Of a stretch of DNA of 64,000 bases, positions 20,049-28,932 are shown piece by piece; positions within the stretch are counted from its first letter, which is position 1; each line of letters starts with the position of its first letter. The position numbers and the translations under genes were made by a program. Origin of the DNA: Bythopirellula sp. (GTDB lineage: Bacteria; Planctomycetota; Planctomycetia; Pirellulales; Lacipirellulaceae); assembly GCA_965216565.1 (NCBI GenBank), contig OZ244170.1, positions 2,336,001-2,400,000 of the forward strand, read 5' to 3'. The notes beneath the pieces were generated by a model. It had not been told where the DNA came from, did no database searches, and worked only from the letters and a program-made list of their open reading frames with translations.

Positions 20049-21560
20049 ATGAATCACACCCTGTTAACTGGTGCTACGGGCCTTCTCGGGAGATACCTGC
20101 TGCGCGATCTGCTGCTGCGAGATCATCCGATAGCAGTCGTAGTTCGTCCAACCAAGTACGAGAGTGCCGCCCAGAGAATCGACAATCTACTAGCTCACTG
20201 GGAGGATCAATGGCAACGTTGGTTGCCTCGACCGGTGATTCTTGCCGGGGACATCAACCAACCAGGCTTGGGTCTAGATGCTTCGCAGAGAAGGTGGGTG
20301 CAAGACAACTGCCGTCGCGTGTTACATAGTGCCGCCAGCCTGGCCTTTCAGCAGGAAGGCGATGAACCATGGCGCACCAACGTTGATGGATTGAGAAATC
20401 TCCTCGGCTTCTGCGAAGAGAATTCACTGCGAGACTTTCTTCACATCTCGTCTTGCTATGTGTGTGGATTGAGAGAGGGGAGCGTTCGTGAAGAGGAGTT
20501 AGACGTCGGGCAAGCTTTCGGGAATATTTACGAAGAATCGAAAGTCGCAGGCGAGAAACTAGTCCGTGCCGCAAGTCACCTTGATTCCTTCACTATCTTC
20601 AGACCATCGATTATTGTGGGTGACACCGAGACTGGATTCTCTACAACCTTTCATGGGTTCTACACACCACTGAGGCTCTTGAGTGCGCTCGCCAATTACG
20701 TGCCGCATGAGCTACTGTTTTCTGTGAACCACATGGAAAATCTGGGGCTGGAAGGGCACGAGGGTAAGAACTTTATCCCAGTTCAATGGCTCAGCGACGC
20801 GATGGTTGCTTTGATGGAGCGGAGGGAAAGCTGCGGCCAGACCTACGCACTTGCCGCGGAACAGCCAGTGCGGGTAGACCACTTAACCGAAGTCTTCAAC
20901 AAAGCAATCAAACAGTATCAGTCTCCTAAGGACTTGCCAGTCGCCGCAAGCCAGGAGCTGAACCTCGATTCCCCCGAAATCCAAGCCAGCCTGAACACTT
21001 ACCTGGAGAGTTTTGCCGTCTATCAAAGCTACTGGCGAGACGACCCCGTGTTCGACATGCGTAACACGCTGGAGGTTATCCCCGATAAAAGGCCTCCTAA
21101 ACTCAATGATGCCCATCTACTCAAGTTATGCGAGTACGCTATCCACAACAACTTTGCCTGGAAGCCGTTTCGCCAGAAACTACAACAAACTACTGCGAGG
21201 GATTTCTTCTTGCAGTGGGAGAATCAGTCGGCCATCCAGACCTCGAATGGGAGTCACATTGGCAACGATTCTCCGCTGGCTGCAACCAACGGAGCGAATG
21301 GCACAACTTTAGAAGTTGTCGTTACTGGCCCCGGAGGAGGATGCTGGACCATCTGCGACAATGGAATAAAGACACACTGCCAACCCGGAAAGCAGGGGCA
21401 ATCGGCTATGGTTCGGCTCAATAGCAAATCGTTCCATGAATTGACCGCAGGAACTATAACTCTAGAGGATTCGATAGCGGCCGGGCAACTTTTCTATACC
21501 GGCGGGCCGAAAGAGATTGAGATCTTGCGAAATGCTCTCAGTCAATCTGCCAAGACGTAG
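20049..21560 (+). CDS. Thioester reductase/fatty acyl reductase (extended SDR, male-sterility type) with C-terminal SCP2-like domain
   Basis: LLTGATGLLG, HSAA, YEESK and FRPSIIVG motifs. C-terminal GPGGGCWTI...FHELTAG...AGQLFYTG resembles SCP2. Confidence 0.8.
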   Translation: MNHTLLTGATGLLGRYLLRDLLLRDHPIAVVVRPTKYESAAQRIDNLLAHWEDQWQRWLPRPVILAGDINQPGLGLDASQRRWVQDNCRRVLHSAASLAFQQEGDEPWRTNVDGLRNLLGFCEENSLRDFLHISSCYVCGLREGSVREEELDVGQAFGNIYEESKVAGEKLVRAASHLDSFTIFRPSIIVGDTETGFSTTFHGFYTPLRLLSALANYVPHELLFSVNHMENLGLEGHEGKNFIPVQWLSDAMVALMERRESCGQTYALAAEQPVRVDHLTEVFNKAIKQYQSPKDLPVAASQELNLDSPEIQASLNTYLESFAVYQSYWRDDPVFDMRNTLEVIPDKRPPKLNDAHLLKLCEYAIHNNFAWKPFRQKLQQTTARDFFLQWENQSAIQTSNGSHIGNDSPLAATNGANGTTLEVVVTGPGGGCWTICDNGIKTHCQPGKQGQSAMVRLNSKSFHELTAGTITLEDSIAAGQLFYTGGPKEIEILRNALSQSAKT

Positions 21561-21565
21561 TTTAA

Positions 21566-22033
21566 TTACCTAGGCGCTGGGGCCGCCTGGTAGTCCGGCG
21601 AGAGTGCCACCAAGGTATCGACGATTCCAGTTTGCACGACCTCGTCTCTTTGATTGTGCAATGTTCTTCGCCAAGTAACCTGTCCGCGTCGGTTTATATT
21701 CGGACGTTTTTCAAGGACCTCTGCGGTGCTATAGACTGTGTCGCCAAAGTAGATGGGTTTGAGAAATTGCCACTCTTTTATTGTGATGAAGGCGACGGTA
21801 TGAACTGCAGGAGCATCGATGTTAAGCCCTGCCATGTACGAGATTCCCAGCAATCCATGCGCGACGCGCTGACCAAAAGGTCCCTTGCTGGCATACTCGG
21901 CATCCATGTGCAATGGATCGAAGTCTCCCGTTAAGGTTGCGAAATTCAGCACATCTGCCTCTGTAATCGTGCGACCCCGCGAACGCCAGCTTGCGCCGAT
22001 GTTGAGTTGATCGAAATAAAGTGGCTCACTCAC
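21566..22033 (-). CDS. MaoC-family (R)-hydratase/dehydratase
   Basis: GRTITEAD, TGDFDPLHMD, VAHG and FLKPIYFGD motifs. Confidence 0.9.
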   Translation of the reverse strand: MSEPLYFDQLNIGASWRSRGRTITEADVLNFATLTGDFDPLHMDAEYASKGPFGQRVAHGLLGISYMAGLNIDAPAVHTVAFITIKEWQFLKPIYFGDTVYSTAEVLEKRPNINRRGQVTWRRTLHNQRDEVVQTGIVDTLVALSPDYQAAPAPR

Positions 22034-22303
22034 GATAATTAACTCTTTGTGCTGAATAGGGAACTGATAACTAACAATAGTCTATCTCTGATTCAGTTTA
22101 TCTGAGTGTTGGGCCGGTCTCAACAATATCCATGTCAATCTTTGCAGATGGAAAAGCCACCTAGAATACACTGCGAGAGGGAGGCCCAGCGAATGGTGAA
22201 ATTCCTGATATTTAGTATTAAATACTCCTGGATGGTCGAAATAGAGTCCGTCCAGCGTTAGGCTGAGGTGGTACAGATTCTTCTAAGCCTCATGTTACCT
22301 CAC

Positions 22304-23224
22304 ATGCTTTCAGATTTTCGCAATCGAGTCGCGGTCATCACAGGAGCTGCCAGCGGAATCGGCAAGGCATTGGCCGAGGCATTGCTGGTGGAAGGCGCCA
22401 ACGTGGTATTGGCCGATGTCGATGCTTCCGCGCTCGAGCACACTGCCAATGAGTTTCGCCACTCGGGTTACGAGCCATTAACGGTTCAAACTGACGTTTC
22501 GCAGCCCGCCCAATTGGAGCGTCTTGCAGTCCAGTCGTTCAGACAATTCGGCAAAGTAGACATTCTATGCAATAACGCAGCCGTCACTCCCGGGGGACCT
22601 TCAACGTGGGAAAATTCACTGGAAGACTGGGAGTGGGTCTTAGGGATCAACCTCATGGGGGTGGTTCATGGCATCAAGAGTTTTGTGCCGCGGATGATTA
22701 AGCAGGGAACCCCCGGGGTAGTGCTGAACACTTCGTCCATTCTCGGACTCACATTGGGTTCCACCAATGCGGCCTATCCTGTATCGAAGCATGGCGTGGT
22801 TGTGCTCTCGGAATGCTTAAGTAATGAATTTCGAAGACAGAAAGTCCCCATCTCGGTGCACGTTCTATGCCCTAGCTTCGTTGCTACTAATATTCTTAAA
22901 TCTACGAGCGAGTTGCCTTCCTCAGCAGGTGACACGAACAGAAAGCCCGTCAGCGAGCAGACCGAAACATACAACGAGTGGTTTGCCCGACAACATAACC
23001 GGGGGATGTCGCCCCAGGATGCCGCCGAATTAACGCTCGACGCGATACGAGCAGGTCGCTTTTATATCCTAACGCACCCGGCTATGAAGCGGTTGGTCGA
23101 GCATCGAATGCAAGCGATTCTCAACGATAGAGAGCCATCGGACGACGAATTCTTGAAGCAGCATGCGCTCGATCTCGGTTTCGAGTCCGCCCCACCTCCA
23201 CGGCCGGACGAGGTCATGGAATAG
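22304..23224 (+). CDS. Classical SDR oxidoreductase
   Basis: ITGAASGIG, CNNA and YPVSK motifs. Confidence 0.88.
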   Translation: MLSDFRNRVAVITGAASGIGKALAEALLVEGANVVLADVDASALEHTANEFRHSGYEPLTVQTDVSQPAQLERLAVQSFRQFGKVDILCNNAAVTPGGPSTWENSLEDWEWVLGINLMGVVHGIKSFVPRMIKQGTPGVVLNTSSILGLTLGSTNAAYPVSKHGVVVLSECLSNEFRRQKVPISVHVLCPSFVATNILKSTSELPSSAGDTNRKPVSEQTETYNEWFARQHNRGMSPQDAAELTLDAIRAGRFYILTHPAMKRLVEHRMQAILNDREPSDDEFLKQHALDLGFESAPPPRPDEVME

Positions 23225-23250
23225 CCATGCCCTCCGACACCTAGCTGGCG

Positions 23251-23276
23251 ATCCTGCCCATAAATCCTGCCCATAA
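23251..23276 (+). repeat. Perfect 13-bp tandem duplication ATCCTGCCCATAA x2
   Basis: Read directly in the intergenic region before the carbonic anhydrase. Confidence 0.85.
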
Positions 23277-23409
23277 GTCGTCTTGGTTCGGCCCTAAAAT
23301 GGCGAATCGACTCTTTGCGTATTCGTCCTTGTTTGGCAAAATAGTTGCACGACCCGTCGGTCGAGCATCATTCAGACAAACTAGAAACAATTTTGGGAAT
23401 TGAAACGAA

Positions 23410-23991
23410 ATGAGCAAGAAAAAGCAGAAGAGTGCCAAGGAAGCACTGAAGGCGCTGAAAGAAGGCAACAAGCGATTTGCTAGCGACAAGCCCATTTACG
23501 ATCGTCACGACGCAGATGCACGTGCAGAGCTCGTCGATGGACAGCATCCATTCGCAATTGTCTTGAGTTGTGCCGATAGTCGGGTGATTCCGGAACTAGT
23601 TTTCGACGCCGGCCTCAGCGATCTTTTCGTGGTGCGTGTGGCTGGAAATGTTGCCAATACAAGCACAATCGCAAGCATCGAATACGCCGTAGCGAACCTC
23701 GATGTCCGTCTGGTGGTTGTATTGGGTCACGAAAATTGCGGTGCTGTGAGTGCCGCACTAGCTGGTGGCGAACATGGCCACAATCTCAATGTGCTGCTTG
23801 CGCATTTAAAACCGGCTGTTCCTAAATCAACTGCGAAGATTACAGGTACGACATTAAAAAACGCCGTTAAGAAAAACGCAAAGCTAACGGCGAAAACACT
23901 CCGCGAGCGATCGACCATCCTCGATAATAAGAGACTGGAGATCGTACCCGCCTATTACAACCTAGCTTCGGGTAAGGTTGATTTCCTATAA
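23410..23991 (+). CDS. Beta-class carbonic anhydrase
   Basis: LKEGNKRF, CADSR, RVAGN and GHENCG zinc-ligand motifs. Confidence 0.93.
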   Translation: MSKKKQKSAKEALKALKEGNKRFASDKPIYDRHDADARAELVDGQHPFAIVLSCADSRVIPELVFDAGLSDLFVVRVAGNVANTSTIASIEYAVANLDVRLVVVLGHENCGAVSAALAGGEHGHNLNVLLAHLKPAVPKSTAKITGTTLKNAVKKNAKLTAKTLRERSTILDNKRLEIVPAYYNLASGKVDFL

Positions 23992-24099
23992 ATCGGTTGG
24001 TGTCCGATAAAAATGACGGGTGGCTGGCAGCCGACCTTCCAGGTGAAGGTCTCGTAAGGCACCGGTACAACTGCCGAGCCACCCGTGCTACCCCTTCCG

Positions 24100-25935
24100 T
24101 CACCCGATCCGCACTGTACGTCGACGTATGCCCCACACGCATACGATCAGCAGCATCAGTAGTATCCAAGCTTGCGGTTCAGGGATCGCTATAAACGCAT
24201 TCGCTTGCATCACAGCGATGGAGGTATTTTGCAGAATGACATCGGATAAACGGGTGCTACTAATGTCTGGGTACAGATCCAGTAGCATCGAGTCGTTCAA
24301 GTAAAAGAACCGATCGCCATCGCGGGTGCGAGTGAACTGGTCGGCGATAATGACTTGCAAGAGCTCGCCAACCAGTCCATCTCCCACCGCGTCCTCGGCA
24401 ATTGCCCCTAACCAAAGATCGACATCTTCAATCGAGTCGTATTGGTCTGCCAAGGCAGCTGCAACCTGGGGATCGCTGGTAATCTCAGAGAAATCTGTTC
24501 GTGGCGTTAGCCCCAAGCCACGACGGGCATCGTTATAGCTTGGCAAACCGTGATCTCGGCCACGTTGGATGTTGACCGCCGGTAAGTCCAAACCGCCATT
24601 GGCCTCGGCAAACAGGAAGTTTCGCACCTCGTCGATCACTTTGGCATCGACATCCTGCGCCTGCTGCATCGAAAGGCCCTTGAGCAGCAGTTCGACTCCG
24701 TTATTTTGAGCGAAGTTGGGATCGAAAAAGGCATCCCGAAGTGCAATCGAACCTTGCGAGACACCTGCTCCATCGACCATTCGAATTTCTGGAGAAAGGA
24801 GCGTATGACCCACTCGATATGCCGCATTGGCAAATTCGTTGCTCAGCGCGGCATTGAGATTAGGGTCGTACCCGGAATACGAGGGCAGTGCCCCATTGCC
24901 CAACAACATCGGCAGGAATTCGTTGTAGGTGATGACCTGAATTTTCGCCCCCACTGCCTTGCGAGCTGTTTGATAGACAAACTCATCCACATCGGCAGCC
25001 ACGTTGGGATCGAACCCGTTCAAATCCATTAGCTGCTGAAAATCACTTCTCACAACGAGTTCTCCAGCCATTCGATTGTGTTCGCGAACAAACAGCGTAT
25101 GAACAGCCGTGAGACCCACCTGTTCGTTCGCTCGCACATCACCGGCAAGAAACAATTCTTCGGCCGCAGGTGGCGTAGCAGCAGTAGTAACGGGAGGGTT
25201 CGCATTCGGAAACGGATCCACTGCCCGATTGAATGGAAGCAGCACTTCTCCGTTGGCGGCTATGGTTGTTTTCAGCAATCCGCCTGACCCTGTCCGCAAG
25301 AAGTCGGCCCGCGCTTGGTCGGAGCCATAGACATTTGAACCATCGATATACGCAGTGAGTGCGTTGACCTGCTCGCGCGGATTAAGCGTTCCCACGCCTG
25401 TGCCGTCAGCAGGGTCATTTCGCCGGAACGGTATAAACGGGAAGCCCGGGTTGAATAGCGAATCATTGGGATCCGTAACCGGTATAAGCATGGGCGTACT
25501 TGAAGGTGTCGGTTCCTCCAAGGAGAAATCATGATCGATAAATTGCCCCCATTGCCAAAGCCAGTCGCTGGCTCCTTTGGGGTTAAGAATCGATTGTTCT
25601 TGCGAAACGACCGCATTGCTGATTGCCCGGGGATTGGGCAGCACAGAAGTGCCAACACCGCTGGGGGTATTCGGATCGCTCATCCCGCGCGGTGAGTCAA
25701 TTCCATCAAAATATGCTGGTGCCAATGCGCTATAGTCGAACCCTGGGAGAGGATTGGCTATCACATCGCGGATTCGCACGAGTGGAGTGTCGGCCCGCCC
25801 CTGGGTTACATTGATTTGATTGTTGTTCGAGCCGTCGATCGTGCGAAACTCGAGTGCGAAGAGACAAGATGTACTGGCGATTGTCAACAAAGCGGATATT
25901 AACGATATTTGGAGCCTTCTTCTCATAGTTAGCAT
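24100..25935 (-). CDS. Animal-type (peroxidase-cyclooxygenase superfamily) heme peroxidase with PEP-CTERM anchor
   Basis: Signal peptide, RTIDGSNNN, WGQFIDHD (distal His), GDVRANE, AYRVGH (proximal His), NIQRGRDHG, GDRFFY, and IPEP-TM-RRR tail. Confidence 0.92.
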   Translation of the reverse strand: MLTMRRRLQISLISALLTIASTSCLFALEFRTIDGSNNNQINVTQGRADTPLVRIRDVIANPLPGFDYSALAPAYFDGIDSPRGMSDPNTPSGVGTSVLPNPRAISNAVVSQEQSILNPKGASDWLWQWGQFIDHDFSLEEPTPSSTPMLIPVTDPNDSLFNPGFPFIPFRRNDPADGTGVGTLNPREQVNALTAYIDGSNVYGSDQARADFLRTGSGGLLKTTIAANGEVLLPFNRAVDPFPNANPPVTTAATPPAAEELFLAGDVRANEQVGLTAVHTLFVREHNRMAGELVVRSDFQQLMDLNGFDPNVAADVDEFVYQTARKAVGAKIQVITYNEFLPMLLGNGALPSYSGYDPNLNAALSNEFANAAYRVGHTLLSPEIRMVDGAGVSQGSIALRDAFFDPNFAQNNGVELLLKGLSMQQAQDVDAKVIDEVRNFLFAEANGGLDLPAVNIQRGRDHGLPSYNDARRGLGLTPRTDFSEITSDPQVAAALADQYDSIEDVDLWLGAIAEDAVGDGLVGELLQVIIADQFTRTRDGDRFFYLNDSMLLDLYPDISSTRLSDVILQNTSIAVMQANAFIAIPEPQAWILLMLLIVCVWGIRRRTVRIG

Positions 25936-26032
25936 TACCTCTTAGCTGTAGTAAAGTCGGTGCACCCCGTTTCGAAGGTGCGTTGTCGATAACGATCGAG
26001 TCCAGAGAAATAAATCACTTGGTTCGGATTCG

Positions 26033-26713
26033 TTAGCGTCGACCTCGGTAAGCTGCGATAACGCAACCCAACACAAAGAGGCAAGAAGTACTAGGCTCCG
26101 GTACAGAATGTACGGTTGCCGTTAAGGAAGTTCCTGAGGATTGCACCTGCCAGAGTAGAAAATCGATTCCATCAACGACACCATCAAGATTGGCATCTCC
26201 ATCGCTATGCGCCGCGCTGGTATTGGTGCCGTAGCCACCTTCCCAGATAGCCAGGTCGGCTGATCCAACTTGCCCGTTGGCACTAAAATCGCCAGGGGCC
26301 AAGATGCTAAAACTGGAGTCGCTTTCGTCGAAGTAATCGATGTCTTGGTCGTTGTCCTGACTGACCTGAATCCAGGCAGACGTATCAAAATCATCAGGGA
26401 CAAGCCAGTCGAAGAAGTGGGGAATTCCCACAGCGGGATCTCCCAAGGGCAAGTTCAACGATATCTCGGTCCAAGGTCCCGACGAGCTATCCGTGGAGTA
26501 CCACAGATCCCAGTCGACGGTGTCGTGTTGCACCTCCGCATGCCATTCGATTGTAACTGTGGAACCAGCGACGAAGGATTCACCCCCGTTAGGCGAATCG
26601 AGCCCGACGTGGGCCTCCAGATTGGCAGAAAAACATACAAATAGCACAGCGCAACTAGACGTTCGGCGCATACTCTTGCCCAGAGTAAACAACATCCTCT
26701 TCTCCTTTCTCAT
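26033..26713 (-). CDS. PEP-CTERM protein with Ig-like SPNGGE domain and dockerin-like repeats
   Basis: LDSPNGGE, GDFSANGQVGSADLAIW, GDANLDGVVDGIDFLLWQ, and VPEP-TM-RGRR tail. Confidence 0.85.
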   Translation of the reverse strand: MRKEKRMLFTLGKSMRRTSSCAVLFVCFSANLEAHVGLDSPNGGESFVAGSTVTIEWHAEVQHDTVDWDLWYSTDSSSGPWTEISLNLPLGDPAVGIPHFFDWLVPDDFDTSAWIQVSQDNDQDIDYFDESDSSFSILAPGDFSANGQVGSADLAIWEGGYGTNTSAAHSDGDANLDGVVDGIDFLLWQVQSSGTSLTATVHSVPEPSTSCLFVLGCVIAAYRGRR

Positions 26714-27013
26714 TGCGAAAATGAGACGGAGGGCGCATTCCTATATTGCACGACAAGCGTGCGCTACCGAATTGGAATTACCCCCAGTAACCCGTTTCCG
26801 TGGTAACGCAGAAGTTCCGTTCCTAGAAATTCTGTTCCGACGTTGAGAAGGTGCCTCAAGAAACTCACCCGCGGCGAGCTACTATTCGCAACGTTGGCGC
26901 GAATATGACAAATGGAAGGTGGCTTGTAAATCCCCTATTTCGGGGGTATTGTTTTCCAAGTTCACGTTGTGAATTCTCACGATTCAGTCATTTCATTCAT
27001 CGGCACGTGTGCA

Positions 27014-27985
27014 CTAGCAGTCGTCCGATAGAAACAATCCTAGGACGCCAATACCGTAGAAGGAATACTCGACATCAACGACATCATCCCAGGCAGCGGC
27101 TCGAAAACCGCCGGATTCTTCCTGTAATGATGTTGCGTATGACAGACATTTCTTCCTATCGAATGCTGTTATTACATCCAAATCTGCTGCGGTGTGAAGT
27201 CCCGTAAATGTGCTCAGCAAATCGGCAATCGGTATCTGCGTGTTGGCACGCAGCCCGCCTTCGTCGGTAACCGAATTGAATAGGAATTCGGCAACGGAAT
27301 TCTTGAGATCCTCGTCAACGTGGTGCTGTCCTAGCACTCGTAGCGTACCAATAGCTGCAGCTGTCGGATTGGTTCCGCTGCGACGCATCACCCTAATTTC
27401 GACAAATCCGCCATCGTCACGATGTTGGTTGAGAACGAACTCGCAAGCTCGCTCAGGATCTGGCAATGGGCGATCCATAAGCTGATACGTCAAGGCAATC
27501 AGGAACGTTTGATAAGTGCTACTAGCCTGACCCTCAAACGTCTTCGCGTATCCACCATCCTCGCGCCGCAGACTTTCGAATGTGTCGGCTAGCTTCTCCG
27601 ACCACTCTGGGGATAGTTCACCGAGAACTTCGATCCCAGAACTCGATTCCAGCAACCTTGCTGCAAACACTAGCGACATCAGGTCGATTAAGGTCGTTTC
27701 GCCCTGAAGCTGCTGCCGCAGGAAATCTGCAACGCGATTGGCGACACGGTCGTCCAATTCTCCCAGTAGAACTAATCCACGCAGCGCGAAAGCGGTGTAG
27801 TACAAATCGCTTCGAACATCCCTGCCACAAAAACCACCATCCTGAGTTTGAAAAGAAGCAATCCGTTGTGCATGAAGCTTGCGGTCACTCTCAGGAATAC
27901 GTGCGACTCCCTCTGCCAATCGCATTGTCAATTCGACGAGATAAGGAAGATTTGCGTCGATTGTATACCCCGCACACCAACTCAA
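27014..27985 (-). CDS. Single alpha/alpha-barrel prenyltransferase/squalene-oxidase-repeat protein (GGTase beta-like)
   Basis: Repeated Q/RxxDGG(F/Y) motifs (QTQDGGF, RREDGGY, HRDDGGF, QEESGGF), DLYYT and DVEYSFYG. Start uncertain. Confidence 0.8.
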   Translation of the reverse strand: MSWCAGYTIDANLPYLVELTMRLAEGVARIPESDRKLHAQRIASFQTQDGGFCGRDVRSDLYYTAFALRGLVLLGELDDRVANRVADFLRQQLQGETTLIDLMSLVFAARLLESSSGIEVLGELSPEWSEKLADTFESLRREDGGYAKTFEGQASSTYQTFLIALTYQLMDRPLPDPERACEFVLNQHRDDGGFVEIRVMRRSGTNPTAAAIGTLRVLGQHHVDEDLKNSVAEFLFNSVTDEGGLRANTQIPIADLLSTFTGLHTAADLDVITAFDRKKCLSYATSLQEESGGFRAAAWDDVVDVEYSFYGIGVLGLFLSDDC

Positions 27986-27989
27986 GTAG

Positions 27990-28412
27990 CTACTCGGTCA
28001 CATACTTTCGGAGTTCATTGGCTAGCTCCGCTGGTATCGGTACAGACGCTAATGGCTGATCTGGGTCAATACGGCAACAGACACTCGTCATTTGTCCCTC
28101 CGCCACTTCACGTCCCTGATGCGTAAAGTTGAATCGGTAAGAGATGCTCTTTGTTCCCAGTCGCGTAATTCGGATTGAAATCTCTAGCAACTCCTCACAA
28201 CGGGCCGGAGACTTGAAGTCGCAAGAGACAGCGACCCGCGGGAAACTCAACGTTTGACCTTCGAACGTGGAGTAGATGCTAAAGCCCGTAGAACGTAGCA
28301 ATTCGTGCTCGGCCGATTCCATGTAATGGAAGAACGAGGCAAAGTGCATGATGCCCGCCATATCCGTGTCGTGAAATTCGACGAGTCGCGTCGTACGGAA
28401 TGGTTCGGCCAT
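27990..28412 (-). CDS. Hot-dog acyl/aryl-CoA thioesterase (4HBT/YbgC family)
   Basis: VEFHDTDMAGIMHFASFFHYMESAE and FKSPAR motifs. Confidence 0.88.
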   Translation of the reverse strand: MAEPFRTTRLVEFHDTDMAGIMHFASFFHYMESAEHELLRSTGFSIYSTFEGQTLSFPRVAVSCDFKSPARCEELLEISIRITRLGTKSISYRFNFTHQGREVAEGQMTSVCCRIDPDQPLASVPIPAELANELRKYVTE

Positions 28413-28469
28413 CGTAAAGACCGGAGGGCAGGGGAGAGGCAGCGAGGACAAAGACTCTTGGCAATAAGC

Positions 28470-28712
28470 CTAGCTTCCAGAGTAAGGAAGCAACGCCATG
28501 AATCGTGCGCGTTTGATCGCCTTGGATACCGCATGCTGGCTAGCAGCCTGGCAACCTGTCTTACGACGACTGACGATACGACCGTGGCGATTGGTAAGCT
28601 TGCTCAGCAAGTCTAAATCTTTGTAATCAACATACATTGGGCGTGGACGGACACCATCGACGCACACGGGATCTTTTTTAACAGCTTTTGGAGCGGACTT
28701 TCTCTTGGGCAT
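28470..28712 (-). CDS. rpsR: 30S ribosomal protein S18
   Basis: VDYKDLDLL, GRIVSRRKTG and AIKRARFMALLPY motifs. Confidence 0.96.
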   Translation of the reverse strand: MPKRKSAPKAVKKDPVCVDGVRPRPMYVDYKDLDLLSKLTNRHGRIVSRRKTGCQAASQHAVSKAIKRARFMALLPYSGS

Positions 28713-28783
28713 TTTCTGTTCTTACTCTCGAATTAAGGAGCTTTTCGATGTGACACTGGGGAGTGTGGCCTGCTGGGTACTTT

Positions 28784-28824
28784 CGCCGAATCGCTTATTT
28801 TAACAGATTCGGCGGTCGCCACAA
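28784..28824 (-). promoter_or_regulatory. Candidate rpsR sigma70 promoter inside a 9-bp inverted repeat
   Basis: Minus-strand TTGTGG-N16-TAAAAT, with TG upstream of the -10. The -10 is flanked by CGCCGAATC (28784-28792) and GATTCGGCG (28806-28814). Confidence 0.45.
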
Positions 28825-28932
28825 GGTGCTATAGGCTCTATGTTTACGCAGTTTTCCTTAGCTTTTTCGCTATTCAGCCTCTTTGTGCGGGAGTCTTGGT
28901 GTGTGCGTTTTGCTTACGTTTTCGAGTCTTGC

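Noticed and set aside
23410..23991. Carbonic anhydrase as part of the PKS cluster (bicarbonate supply)
   Set aside because: No carboxylase is nearby and it appears to be a separate transcription unit; proximity is the only link.
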